Position numbers and translations under genes: made by a program. A stretch of DNA of 63,957 bases, filler included, from Stramenopiles sp. TOSAG23-6 (taxonomy: Eukaryota): assembly GCA_900128565.1 (NCBI GenBank). It is 3 parts of 3 records of this genome, joined end to end, with 100 filler letters (N's around TTAATTAATTAA, not from the genome) between each part and the next. Parts side by side here need not be neighbours in the genome. Positions count along the whole stretch, not along the records: positions 22,190 to 44,274 come from LT636021.1; positions 44,375 to 63,957 come from LT636049.1; 1 more part is not named here. The stretch is one strand, 5' to 3'. The notes below the pieces were generated by a model. The model worked only from the letters and a program-made list of their open reading frames with translations, ran no database searches and was not told the DNA's origin. Positions 34,246 to 45,595 of this stretch are shown one piece after another. Within the stretch, counting starts at the first letter, position 1; every line of letters starts with the position of its first letter.

Positions 34246-36462
34246 TTACTCGCAACCTAATAAAATATTAGTATTATCAAGTAGAGAAGCAGCCATGCAA
34301 ATCCAGTCTCGGTGCTTTGAAGCATTAACTGCGCTACCATGGCTGGATACTACATCTTGGATTCCTCGTATCTCCGGTTTAACTACACCTCTTGTTTTCA
34401 AATATGTGAGAGTTGCATCGATGACTCCTAGCAAGAGTACATGACACTGAGCTGTGTCAGGATTTTGATAATTGCGTAGGAAACATTCTCTTGCAAAGTC
34501 TCGAACTGGCAAAATATTTTCTCGACTGGTTGCACGAAGAACTTTTGAAATATGGCGATTGTTCCTAGCAAGGTAAACTGTCTCATGCATGTCTTCTATG
34601 TCAGTGCGATCTCCATATACCATTAAATTTCCATCCGATGGTCGAAATTCCAATTCATTCAAAACGCTAGATGGATATGGTACAACTATGGGAGAACCAG
34701 AGTCTCCATATCCTATCGATTGGATTTTATCAAGACCATATTCCATATTATTAAAAACTTTGATCTCGCCACTTCGTCGATCAAGGCTTATTCTAAATTC
34801 AGCTGCATTTGGTAAAATTGCACTTCCAAATGCACCAGGCTCCATATATTTCTTTACAGTTTTGTATTTATAAAGTAGTAATGAACCCATACTTTGGCGT
34901 AAATAATTAGCAAAATGATTCAAATAAGTATTTTCAACATACCTCACATCGGCAGACTCCTGGGCAATTTGGTGAAGACTTGGCCGGTGTCGCGGTGTTT
35001 CAGCAGCATACGCTGCTGCATGGGCAAGTTGAAACTCAGCGCGTAATTTAGGGTCTACATCTAAGAGGATTTTTTTGCACGTCGTAACCAGTTTTTGATA
35101 TTCGTGGCTTTCTTCAAGAATCATACTTCGCATATAATCTTCAGGCAGCTCTTTTTCAGACTTTGCTGACATTATAATGCTCACTTCTTTAGTAGTCATA
35201 GAGATTAACTGTCTTATCACAGTATTTATTGCATCTTTCCAGTGTTTAACAGCCTCTTTTTCTTTCATGAGTGACTCCGTATCATATTCTCTTATTCCAT
35301 TTTTAAAGTACATGTGATGGTTAAAAGCGGTTACATGTTTGTTGACACCAAAGCCTGCCTGTAACACCTGGATCCGATTTAATGAGCCTTGAGTAAGAAT
35401 CTGGTGTAAACGCTCATTACATTCAGGTTTAGGAATCTGAACTGTACAACCAAGTTGGAGAGGTTTGTCTAACTTTAGCATCGCCATATCTACATTAGAT
35501 TTGACATTATCAGATAAACTCAAAGGGTGCATCATTGCATGAGTCGCTCTGACCCAGCCATACTTTTCACACAACGCGTTCCACTTGTGATTAATCTGAT
35601 GACAGTGCTTACCAATATCCCCTTGATATTTTTCCCGGCAAGATTCCAAACTATCCAAGAGATAAGAACACTCGTCAAATGTATGTTTACCAATCCTTTG
35701 CGCTTCTCTCATTGTGGTACCACCACCTTTTACCAGAATTTTGAAATCATTAGTTGTGGGTAGAGTACAAATATTACCAGGAGATGTAACTTTTAAGCAA
35801 GAGGGGAAATCCCCGGCCATTTTAGTTTGTATTGATGGCTCAAAAAGACTTTCCGATTTCCTTTCGAAGATTCTATGCCAGCCCGGAATGACTTTTCCTG
35901 CCAAAGTTAATCGCCGGTATAAATGCTCAAGTATTACTGTGCTATTTTGCTCTATTTGTACGTCACCTACAGTTGCTGATTCTCGAATTCGTCTACCCTT
36001 GTACAACAGCACCATTCTGTCGCTTGAATCATCTGCTTGGATTCTTTGGTGTGATGAAGATTGTTTTACTAAAGCTGAAAATGCAATGCTCTTTACCTGT
36101 CGGATAGACATTTGAGATTCAACTTTGATTTTGGTAGTCTTTATTCCTAGTCCTTCTACAAATATTGAATAAACACTCGTCATTTCGGTTATACAATGGC
36201 GATTTGTTAACACAATCGTTGGAGATAATGCAACACCTGAGCACACGTATTCAGCACCACGGGTTGTAAAGTTTATACGTACAATGTATGAATAAGCTTT
36301 TGAAATAGACATTTGCTCCTCATTGTCCGCATTACTATACCAGCTGTTTTCATCGTTAAATACAACGTCTTCTTTTCCAGCATGAGCTGTTCCCAACACG
36401 AGAAATGTCAGTAACCCCAAAATCTGAGTGTACCGGTATGTACCACTAGTGCCTGTTACCAT
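34246..36462 (-). CDS. Secreted trypsin-like (S1) serine protease with inserted ubiquitin-like domain and long insertions
   Basis: CSGVALSPTIVLTNRHC (His), DMAMLKL (Asp), GDSGSP (Ser); IFVEGLGIKTTKIKVE...LLYKGRRIRESATVGDVQIEQNSTVIL Ubl pattern. Confidence 0.75.
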   Translation of the reverse strand: MVTGTSGTYRYTQILGLLTFLVLGTAHAGKEDVVFNDENSWYSNADNEEQMSISKAYSYIVRINFTTRGAEYVCSGVALSPTIVLTNRHCITEMTSVYSIFVEGLGIKTTKIKVESQMSIRQVKSIAFSALVKQSSSHQRIQADDSSDRMVLLYKGRRIRESATVGDVQIEQNSTVILEHLYRRLTLAGKVIPGWHRIFERKSESLFEPSIQTKMAGDFPSCLKVTSPGNICTLPTTNDFKILVKGGGTTMREAQRIGKHTFDECSYLLDSLESCREKYQGDIGKHCHQINHKWNALCEKYGWVRATHAMMHPLSLSDNVKSNVDMAMLKLDKPLQLGCTVQIPKPECNERLHQILTQGSLNRIQVLQAGFGVNKHVTAFNHHMYFKNGIREYDTESLMKEKEAVKHWKDAINTVIRQLISMTTKEVSIIMSAKSEKELPEDYMRSMILEESHEYQKLVTTCKKILLDVDPKLRAEFQLAHAAAYAAETPRHRPSLHQIAQESADVRYVENTYLNHFANYLRQSMGSLLLYKYKTVKKYMEPGAFGSAILPNAAEFRISLDRRSGEIKVFNNMEYGLDKIQSIGYGDSGSPIVVPYPSSVLNELEFRPSDGNLMVYGDRTDIEDMHETVYLARNNRHISKVLRATSRENILPVRDFARECFLRNYQNPDTAQCHVLLLGVIDATLTYLKTRGVVKPEIRGIQDVVSSHGSAVNASKHRDWICMAASLLDNTNILLGCE

Positions 36463-36821
36463 CGAGAAACTTAAAGAGAGTATGTGATCTTTTGATATGA
36501 GCTTTATGAGATCTATAATGGTACCAAAATACTTCTGTTGCTTGTTTGAAGATATGATTACGCAAAGTTTTACAATAGTTGGTACAATGTCAAAGTATCA
36601 TATAAATATTATAATAATAATATACCGTTTTTTTGATGTGACTGATCAATTTTTAACAGCTTCTGTTTAAAAATTAACGTACAGCCTACTGTATTTATTT
36701 AATACTATGTAGTAGGACGAAAATATTTGAAATTCAAATTAATTCAAAAAAGCGATTTTTCTTTTTTTATTCAAATGAGCAAAATATTCAATTTACTACA
36801 GTATGCGGGTAAGCATTACCA

Positions 36822-38723
36822 TCACTTATCCAACAAACTACTCCGAACGGAACTACTATCTGATGCAAATGACTTCTCTTTCTTAGGTTTTATTATTTTT
36901 AATGCTTTGCTAAATACAGACCTGACACCTTTGGATAAATTTCTTTCATCATTCTCACAACTAGCTGTATTACGGTTACTTGCTTTTTTTTTTAGAGAAG
37001 TTAAACGTTTCGTTTCTGTTTTATCTATTTTTTTGGTTGCTTTGTTTGTGTGACTTTTATCAATACTTGTATCACATTTTTTTGAAGGAATAGTTAATGG
37101 ATCACTTTTATCAGCAATAGGAGAGTCATCTAATATATTATTATTCTCATTCAAGTTTCGATTTATCTTACCAAAGATTTTTTTAATTCCGATTTCTCCT
37201 CTGTTGCCGAGACACGTTGCTGCACTAATGGTACGAGAAATAATAGATGAATTTATGGAATCTTCATTGTCTTCTCTTTTACGATTACTTTTCGCATTTG
37301 CAATTTCTTCTAATTTTGAGTGAAGTTTCTTTGTATTCTTTCTATTTTCCACAAGTCCAAAGTAGCGCCACTTACCACTCATAAATTGTATTCGAAATGC
37401 ATCACCAACGTAAAGATCATCAAGAATTAAGATTGACGTATTTGTTCCATCAGAAAATCCAACATTCATTGATTTATTTTTCGCTATTTTTTTTGTAGCT
37501 TGAACTTGTATTTGGTCGCCTTCAAAGGCATCTAAAGCACTAAAACCAATGGCCCTTTGTTTTTTACTATTTATTCTTTCACTTTTACTCGTATTTGAAG
37601 ACAGATTTTTTCTCAATACTTTTTCATCAGCAGAAGACAGATTTTTTCTCAATACTTTTTCATCAGAAAAAGTTGCATCACCTAAAGAGGATAGTTTCAT
37701 AGTATCATTATCATTATTGAATGAACTTCCAGTAAGAGATGTTGATAAAGAGGTATGCTGGTCCCATACATCTGGGGAGTCATTTGCTGTATAACCTTCT
37801 GTAAGAGCTGCAGACCACTCGTCTACATTATTAGGGTTAGGGTCATCATCTACTTTATTGATATCACTTGTAGGTACGTTATTCGTAGATATATCTAACA
37901 ATTCTTGACTACGACTTTCCATTTGACGATTATCATAATCCCTCTCGGCTTCGGCTAGCTTTGTCATTACAGCCGCATGCGCACGTCTAGCCTCTTCTTC
38001 CTCTTCACCAAAATCTGCAAAAAAACGTTTCGACTCTTCAGCCTCTTTCACCCACTGACTACGTACATCATTTGAAGTTCGCTGTAGAACATCACCACTT
38101 TTTTCTCTCTTGATGGAAAAACTAGTTGAGAGCCAACGACTAATGATACCTTTTTTTGGTGTATTTAAAGGCTTCGCTCCAGTATCCGTAGTTTTAGCAG
38201 CTGGTAAAAATTCTTGAGAGTCGCAACCGGAATTTGTTACACTTGACTTCTCAACATCGCTTTTCGATGTTTTTTCTTTAGTCAAAGTATCATGAGTTAT
38301 TGTGTATTTCTTGCCCTCTTTTTGACACCAAGTTTGAGATGAAACTCCAACACTAGATAAAAAGGGACTATCAAGGATGCGATTATTAATGGCGTCAGCA
38401 CCACTTCGTATCGTATCTAAAATTTTTTGGTTCATCCGTTGAGATACGGAAGGCTGTCTCAAATCGTGTATCCGTATCACACTTTCTACATCATTTTCAC
38501 GGTCAGACGAAGATTTATTTTCTCTTTTTATTTCTACTTCTTCAGATAATGTGTCAGAAGAAACACCTTCTTGTTCGAAATCCAAACTTTGAAATTCTTT
38601 TTCACTTACCGCGATATTTCTTTCATCATCACATAATAAGTCGTCACCCACGACAGTATTAAACTTTAAATGTTCCATGCACCTATTATTGCATATTACT
38701 GCACTTGCAGATCGGAAAATCAC
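36822..38723 (-). CDS. Hypothetical low-complexity Ser/Lys/Asp-rich protein
   Basis: 633-codon ORF, no recognised domain; 36-nt internal duplication near 37597-37666. Confidence 0.6.
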   Translation of the reverse strand: MIFRSASAVICNNRCMEHLKFNTVVGDDLLCDDERNIAVSEKEFQSLDFEQEGVSSDTLSEEVEIKRENKSSSDRENDVESVIRIHDLRQPSVSQRMNQKILDTIRSGADAINNRILDSPFLSSVGVSSQTWCQKEGKKYTITHDTLTKEKTSKSDVEKSSVTNSGCDSQEFLPAAKTTDTGAKPLNTPKKGIISRWLSTSFSIKREKSGDVLQRTSNDVRSQWVKEAEESKRFFADFGEEEEEARRAHAAVMTKLAEAERDYDNRQMESRSQELLDISTNNVPTSDINKVDDDPNPNNVDEWSAALTEGYTANDSPDVWDQHTSLSTSLTGSSFNNDNDTMKLSSLGDATFSDEKVLRKNLSSADEKVLRKNLSSNTSKSERINSKKQRAIGFSALDAFEGDQIQVQATKKIAKNKSMNVGFSDGTNTSILILDDLYVGDAFRIQFMSGKWRYFGLVENRKNTKKLHSKLEEIANAKSNRKREDNEDSINSSIISRTISAATCLGNRGEIGIKKIFGKINRNLNENNNILDDSPIADKSDPLTIPSKKCDTSIDKSHTNKATKKIDKTETKRLTSLKKKASNRNTASCENDERNLSKGVRSVFSKALKIIKPKKEKSFASDSSSVRSSLLDK

Positions 38724-38904
38724 TAATCGGGAATCTAAATCTTAAATCTATCCCAAAACAATCTAAGTCTAAATCAAATGATCTAATCAATCTCGAAATC
38801 GCGTTTTCCTTTTGTTGCTCCGTCTTTTTCCTAATAAATCGAATTTTTTTTTTATTTTTTTAACTATGGCTCAGAAATTTAAACGCTCCAAAAAAAGATT
38901 TAGC

Positions 38905-38915
38905 TAGGGTTAGGG
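38905..38915. promoter_or_regulatory. Telo-box-like TAGGGTTAGGG motif in a divergent intergenic region
   Basis: The same motif recurs at 45438 and 47738, each upstream of gene starts. Confidence 0.45.
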
Positions 38916-39108
38916 CTGTCATTGTAACGGAAAAGATACGTGCAAATACGTAAATACATGTAACTTTAATGAAAGGGGGATACCATCACAACAACATTAA
39001 AACTTTCCCGAAACAGATAGACAAAAAAATACGATTAATATAAAATTAAAGTAAAAGAGAATAGAAAACTGATTGACACCATTAAGTAATAAGCATCAAA
39101 CGCAAAAT

Positions 39109-40074
39109 ATGGAAAATATGGAAAAAAAGGTAGAAAGGGCGCAAGTAGTGAATTTGGAGCCCCATCCATTCAGTTGCGTCCCACAAGTAGTGAATTTGGA
39201 GCCCCATCCATTCAGTTGCGTCCCACAAGTTTGCACTGAGAATGATGCTAATGCAGGCCTGGGAAAAGCAAGATTGGAAACTGAAGCAAAAATTAATGAG
39301 TTACAACAAGAAATTCATCAAAGATATAGAACAATGCAGGAAGAGTTAAAAAAAGTTCTTGCTGATGAGTCAGCCGGGTTAATAGTTGTGCCTAAAGGAA
39401 CAGGCTCAAAGAAAAAGAGTAGAAGAAGAAAAACATCTCAAGGGCAAAAAAATCATGCTTGCGAAAGGTGCCGCATGGCTCACATATCATGCTCATGGAA
39501 AGAAAGCACAGAAACGTGTGATAACTGTATAAAAAAGAAGAAAAGTGATCCAACTATCCAGTGCATTAAGAAGATTGATCGACGAACGCGCAAGAATATA
39601 AAAAAGGGTCCGAACTATAGACATAACAAAAAACGGGGAAGAGACTTAGTCAGTGAAAGTGACATCATTCCGTATGGAGCTAGAATCTCTGGGCCACGTT
39701 TAGTTACATTGGAGGAGTGTATAAGGTCTCAGAACAAGTATAATGCACTCTGTGAAGTAATGGAGAAAAATAAATTGGACTCTACAGTGCCACAACCATT
39801 TGATGACAAAACAAATAGTTTGATTTTTTTTTCGTCTGATGAAGAAACTTTCCTCCAACAAGATGCAGATTTCTTCGAAGGTAGTACTTCTTTGTCTTTT
39901 GAAAATGATAAAAGTGACTTCAAAAAAGATGTAGAATCCTTTGTAGATAACACTTTATTCAGTATGGATGGTAAAACTTTAGACGAAACTCTGAAGTTTT
40001 TTGATGATATCGATATGCAACATATCATGGAGACGGACGATGAAGATTCAAGTCTTTTTCCAGGAAAGGATTAA
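39109..40074 (+). CDS. Zn(II)2Cys6 binuclear-cluster transcription factor
   Basis: ACERCRMAHISCSWKESTETCDNCIKKKKSDPTIQC (C-x2-C-x6-C-x8-C-x2-C-x11-C); acidic C-terminus; 42-nt tandem duplication at 39142-39230. Confidence 0.75.
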   Translation: MENMEKKVERAQVVNLEPHPFSCVPQVVNLEPHPFSCVPQVCTENDANAGLGKARLETEAKINELQQEIHQRYRTMQEELKKVLADESAGLIVVPKGTGSKKKSRRRKTSQGQKNHACERCRMAHISCSWKESTETCDNCIKKKKSDPTIQCIKKIDRRTRKNIKKGPNYRHNKKRGRDLVSESDIIPYGARISGPRLVTLEECIRSQNKYNALCEVMEKNKLDSTVPQPFDDKTNSLIFFSSDEETFLQQDADFFEGSTSLSFENDKSDFKKDVESFVDNTLFSMDGKTLDETLKFFDDIDMQHIMETDDEDSSLFPGKD

Positions 40075-40416
40075 GTTTTACGGTACTCATTACATGTAAC
40101 GGCCATATGAGAACTATTGCACCCTTCCTGATATCTGAAGAATACATCATAGATATAAAATTTGTACAAATAGAAGTCTTTTAGTATAATGATGATATAC
40201 TGTATATTATCATGCTTTGATTTTATAGATTTTATGAATAATTGAAAAATAATAAAAAAATTCTAAAATATTTTGGGTACCCGGTACCGTACGTAAAAAA
40301 TAAAGGAAGTGCATTCCACACAACGAACTGATGCACATACTTATTATACAACAATAATTACTCAAGTCCCACACGTACCAAGAACGCATCTTGTTCTTTT
40401 ACCAGAGTTAATACCC

Positions 40417-43400
40417 ATGGTATATCAGAAGCGAAAGAAGGCGAAATCACTGCGCGGTAGGCGTTTACATAAAGATGCTCGTGTCGGTATCTTCAAGCAA
40501 GCGGTTGCAAGGGGAACAAGCTTTTTGCCTCGACGTATTAAATTTCACAAAGCCACAACAGTGGCTACAGGTTTCCACGTGACTAACTCACGTCAAACGT
40601 CGAATTCTATAAAATTAAGTAGTGTACAGGAAGGTAAAAGTCGTAGTCGTAGTAATAGTTTAATAGGAGATCAATTGGAGTTAGCCGTAGAATCAGACTG
40701 GTTGTGCTCTAACAAGACACTTAGAGACTTTGATGGACACTCCCATAAAAATGGTTGGATACACCAGCTTCCAGTCGGCGCTGGTTTACACAATCTTGGC
40801 AACTCTTGTTACATGAATGCCACCCTTCAAAGTCTTATCTATTGTCCGCCATTAGCTAAGTATTTGCTTCAGAGATGCCATTCAAGACAGAGAAAGAAGA
40901 ACATAGATAAGGACTCACGTAGAACAGTTGGGTTAAACGGGAATCCTTGTTTTTTTACACTTTTAGAGAAGCATATACGCCGATCATTTGGAAATATTTC
41001 ATATAATTCTTCAGCAAATAGCAAATTCAATCCATTTCAGAGAGTTAAGCCATTTTCACCGACGATGATACATAAAAAACTTCGGTTAATTGGTCGACAA
41101 TTCCGAAGAGGTAGACAAGAAGATGCACATGAGTTCTTACGGTTACTCGTCGATGCTTTACAAAAGTCGTGTCTTATTAAGTTTGGGTTATCGCCAAATA
41201 TTATCAATCGAGTGAGTGAAACAACATTTGTATTTGGAAATTTTGGTGGTTACACTAGGTCTCAGATTAAGTGCCAAAAATGTAATTTTTGCAGTAATAC
41301 TTACGATCCTTTCATGGATCTTTCTTTGGAACTACCACGTGGTGTATCGTCTATTAGTGATGCATTGCAGATGTTCACACAGACAGAAACTCTTGATTAT
41401 AATAACATGTATAAATGTTCACGGTGTAAGAAGTTGAGTCGTGCGAAGAAAAAAATTTCTATTCATCAGTCACCGCAAATTCTTATGCTTCATCTTAAAC
41501 GTTTTCGGTTTGGCAGACAAGGCCGAAAAATTAGTCGACAAATTGCATACCCAGAAACATTGAATATGAATAAGTATATTAGTGATAGCTCTAATACAAT
41601 ACATAATCACTCTAATAACTATGAACTTTATTCTGTGTTGGTACATAGTGGTGATAGTTTATCCTGTGGCCATTACTATAGTTTGAATAAGACAACATCT
41701 GGTATTTGGTTCTGCATGGATGATAGTTCTGTCTCTCAAGTTGGTATTAAGGAAGTGTTGAATCAAAGTGGAGCATATATCCTTTTTTATAGACGTATTT
41801 CTCCCAGAGTAGTTTTAAGTAGTAAAAGTCATGTAAAATCTGCTAAATCATCTACCATAAAAAGTGATTTATCTAGAAATGTATCATCCCAAAAAAATGT
41901 GAAAAAAAATAATGAAGGAATTGATAAAGTCACAATTGACTCGATTTTACGAGGCGTTTCAGATTTTTCTTCATTATCTACAAATAGAACTGAGATAGCA
42001 AAAGCATCCGAATTACGGGATCGTCAGATGAGACAGAAAATACTCCGAAGGAAACGAAAAGATGATGTATGTTTTATATGAATTTCTGATTTAAATGTTT
42101 TTTTCATACGAAATTTCGTACCTAACGATTTTTATTTGAAATATTTTTTCACAATACATGTGTTTAAGTCTGATAATACTACAAGTAATATTGAAAACGT
42201 TAAATTTGTTACTGAGGGTAAACGTCCCATAAAGACTGCTCATACTAAAGATATTTGGAATTCCAACCAGTGTAATGATACTATTGGTGATAAAGTGTCT
42301 GATTCATTAGCATGTTCTACTCAACGACGTTTACCCGAAAATGATACTGCTAATTGGAGTTCACAATTTAGTCATAATTTCACGGTCGCAGTCAATTCCG
42401 ATTCATCTGATTCCGATTCCGATTCATCTGAGTCTGGTGTTATCAATAATAACAATATTCACCAAGAGGACATCAAAGATACTAGTGAAATAATTTCCTC
42501 TGGTATTAATCACAACCATGCTATAACTAATTTTACAACAAGTACAAATACTCTTGCCAGTGATCAAAATTGCGCTAATCAACTTGATGAAACTACTATT
42601 CATTCTGAAGATGTTAAAGATGTATCTGATAATTCTGGTATTATTGATCACGATACCACAGATGTTGGTATTACTACGTATGACAATGATAGTGATGATA
42701 GTGATGATAGTGATGATAGTGATGATAGTGATCACAGTGATGATAGTGATGACCTACTGAATAATGCTCAAAATGAAGTTGTTGAACTTACAGGTGATCG
42801 AGTTAGATCGTCCAAATTTCGTAATATTCACCAGAAAGATGTTGCCGCTGCAAAAGATCGTCTACAAATACAGATACAAGCCAAAGCATGTATTCAATCA
42901 AAGACAGGTGCCAAATCTATCAATACATACACAGCTGTTGCTCGAGGGGGTGGCAAAGGAATATTTCCCTTTTCAAAGACAGCAGAAGAACCAACACAAT
43001 GGGAAATCAATACTGCCAATTACAGTACCACAGATCATCATAAAGTTGAAGTTGTTGATGCAGAGATGGCAGAGGATTTACAGCGTCGGTATAGAGTTCT
43101 TGCTGATGATGAAGAAGTATCTAGATTATCCAATTCAAAACGTCGGAGAGATCATTATGATTATGCATTGGATTCCGGAAAACAGAAAAAAGTAAAGACT
43201 AAATTAGATTCTAATGATGATGTTTATGAAAAAAATCTATTCCAAGAGATGCATGATCGAAAACTAAGTATGGGATTAATCCAGAAGAATGGCGGTGGAA
43301 AAAGAACAGGTAAAGTACAAGAAGGTCGCCGAGATGCGTCTCAATATAATAGAGATAAAGACAAGAATAGAGGGCGTGGTGGTAGAGGGCGTGGTGGTAG

Positions 43401-43575
43401 AGGGCGTGGTGGTAGGGGGCGTGGTGGTAGAGGGCGTGGTGGTAGAGGGCGTGGTGGTAGAGGGCGTGGTAGAGGACATAGTAGAGGACATAGTAGAGGA
43501 CATAGTAGAGGGCGTGGTGGTAGAGGACATAGTAGAGGGCGTGGTAGAGGTCATAGTAGAGGGCGTGGTAGATAA
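40417..43575 (+). CDS. Ubiquitin carboxyl-terminal hydrolase USP36/USP42-like with RGG tail, 2 exons
   Basis: GLHNLGNSCYMNATLQ Cys box, QEDAHEFL, VLVHSG...GHYY His box, YDYALDSGKQKKVK C-terminal motif. Confidence 0.9.
42067..42159 (+). other. Family intron, GT..AT
   Basis: GAT|GTATGTTTT ... TTCATACGAAATTTCGTACCTAAC ... TTCACAATACAT|GTG; no AG anywhere in the intron. Confidence 0.85.
43368..43572 (+). repeat. Coding RGRGG / RGHS tandem repeats
   Basis: AGAGGGCGTGGTGGT 15-nt and AGAGGACATAGT 12-nt units. Confidence 0.9.
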
Positions 43576-43798
43576 GATTTGTGTTACTATTTGTAGTATT
43601 ACGTTGATGTAAAATACATCTAGAATCATATAAGTTTGCCTCTTATTTTTAGTATTTTTAGTATATGTAATGAAAAATATTACCTCATTTCTATTGATTA
43701 CTTTACTTATCTTTCGTCTCTTACATTTTGCTTTATATCATTAATAGACTGTGATACTAAATAGCATGATTTTATTGATACGCAAAATATATATGGTT

Positions 43799-44209
43799 TT
43801 AACTAAATTTTGCCTTGACGAAATTTTCTTTTTTTGATGTAGTAAAATTTTCAGCATATGGCTTATGCGTTCCCGATAAATGATCCCACCACATGACAAA
43901 CTGTCCATAATTCGTTCTCGGCCAACGGTGATGTACATCATGATCTCTCACATCAAACATGAAAGGTATTTTTACACCAAGACGTGTATGGTTGAGTGAT
44001 GCCATCAGAGAAGTTGTAGAAAAGAACAAAAGTAAACCAAGACCTTGAACTTGAAGCAAACTAAAAACTACAGGTTGTATAAAACCACCGTAATCATGAT
44101 ACTCTTTAAATAATAATAAAAGACGATCAAGCACAATTACTACAAAGAGATGAAGATATTCACCAAACAAAAACTCAAGTGGGTTTGTATTAATACCGTC
44201 ATAAGCACC
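43799..44209 (-). CDS. Fatty-acid hydroxylase / sterol desaturase family, last exon only
   Basis: NPLEF, LNHT, HDVHH..PRTNYGQ...WDHLSGT histidine boxes; preceded by a family intron 3' end (CACAGTGTAT). Confidence 0.85.
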   Translation of the reverse strand, partial: GAYDGINTNPLEFLFGEYLHLFVVIVLDRLLLLFKEYHDYGGFIQPVVFSLLQVQGLGLLLFFSTTSLMASLNHTRLGVKIPFMFDVRDHDVHHRWPRTNYGQFVMWWDHLSGTHKPYAENFTTSKKENFVKAKFS

Positions 44210-44274
44210 ATACACTGTGAAAAAATATTTCAAAAAAAAAAAACTTAAATTTGTTAGGTACAAAATTTCGTACG

Positions 44275-44374
44275 NNNNNNNNNNNNNNNNNNNNNNNNNN
44301 NNNNNNNNNNNNNNNNNNTTAATTAATTAANNNNNNNNNNNNNNNNNNNNNNNNNNNNNNNNNNNNNNNNNNNN
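44275..44374. other. Synthetic contig-join spacer N44-TTAATTAATTAA-N44
   Basis: Same linker as at 22090; both flanking contigs end inside family introns. Confidence 0.95.
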
Positions 44375-44429
44375 GGTACAAAATTTCGTACGAAAAAAAA
44401 TTCGAATTTGAAAAAAAAATAAAACATAC

Positions 44430-45327
44430 ATGCCGTATCAGGATGTGTAAGCCCTAGATTTTGTTCCGTGATTTTTAAAGCTTTAGTTAGAACAGGGACA
44501 GCTTTTTCATATTGAAGTTCACTTATATAGAGATTTCCTAATTTACGTAGAGTCAAAGAAATTCCATTGTGCTGCTTTCCTAGTATTTCTTCTTTCATAT
44601 GCAAAGTTTTTTTTAAATTTAAAATACTGATTTCGCTCTCATTTTTTGGTATCTCTGATGTCTCAATTTCTGTGACCAATGGAACTAAATCGACCGGATA
44701 TCCATGACGCATCGATGGTTTACTCGAGTCATCTTCCCTTTCATCATCACTTAATAAGATCATGTCCGCTTTAGTTTCTTTGAGTACCATATTTTTTAAA
44801 GCATCTGGATGTAGCGTACTATTTACAAACTTTTCTCTATTGAGTACAGCCTCAACGGCAGTTTCCGACATCATTGTATCTATTGATTTTTCCCATCGAT
44901 TTAATACTCCAATGATATCACTTTGATTCATTTGTTTTGCGACTTCTATTGGTTTTTGTCCTTTGGAATTAGTTAAAGTTGGGTCGGCCGAATGGCTCAA
45001 TAATAACCCCACCAGTACTTTTGTGCCCCAGCCTGCGGCAAAATGCAATGCTGAATTTCCACCCCAATCTACCCTATTTATCATATTGTCAGTAGTTGCT
45101 AAAGAAATTAATAAGTTTGACATTTCAGTGTGACCATATTTACATGCCCAATGAAGACTCGTTCGTCCGTACTCATCGTCACAAAGACAATCGTCATATC
45201 CAGGACGCCGAAGAAGGACTTTCATTCTGTCTAGTTTTCCATGCCGTGCAGCATACCACTGCTTCCAAATGTTTGCGACTGTATCTGGCCCACCCTCGAG
45301 TTTATGAGGGCCAACATGGGTCGTCAT
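44430..45327 (-). CDS. Ankyrin + TPR protein, first exon (duplicated at 63005-63902 +)
   Basis: GRTSLHWACKYGH and GNSALHFAAGWG ankyrins; LGKQHNGISLTLRKLG and LGLTHPDTA TPRs; ends at a family donor AT|GTATGT. Confidence 0.8.
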
Positions 45328-45437
45328 CTTCCAGCTTATTTTTCACAAATTTGTGCTGAAATTCATAAGACTGCTATACTAACTTGTTTTCTTTTGAAAC
45401 TGTAAAAACTGTCATATCGGATATATTTGGACGCATA

Positions 45438-45452
45438 TAGGGTTAGGGTTAG
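45438..45452. promoter_or_regulatory. Telo-box-like TAGGGTTAGGGTTAG in a divergent promoter
   Basis: Between the ankyrin/TPR and acyltransferase starts. Confidence 0.5.
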
Positions 45453-45595
45453 TCGTGTTTGATATGCTCTTCCCACAACTATACTTTTATTATTATCAGA
45501 CTAATCTTGAGATCATCAATCTCTATTGTTCACTGTAGTAACACAATTTATCACCAAAGTTGCACTTTGTTTACAAAGCAGTAGAAGTGCAAAAT

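Noticed and set aside
45438-45452. Chromosome end or telomere
   Set aside because: Only about two repeat units, internal and between genes.
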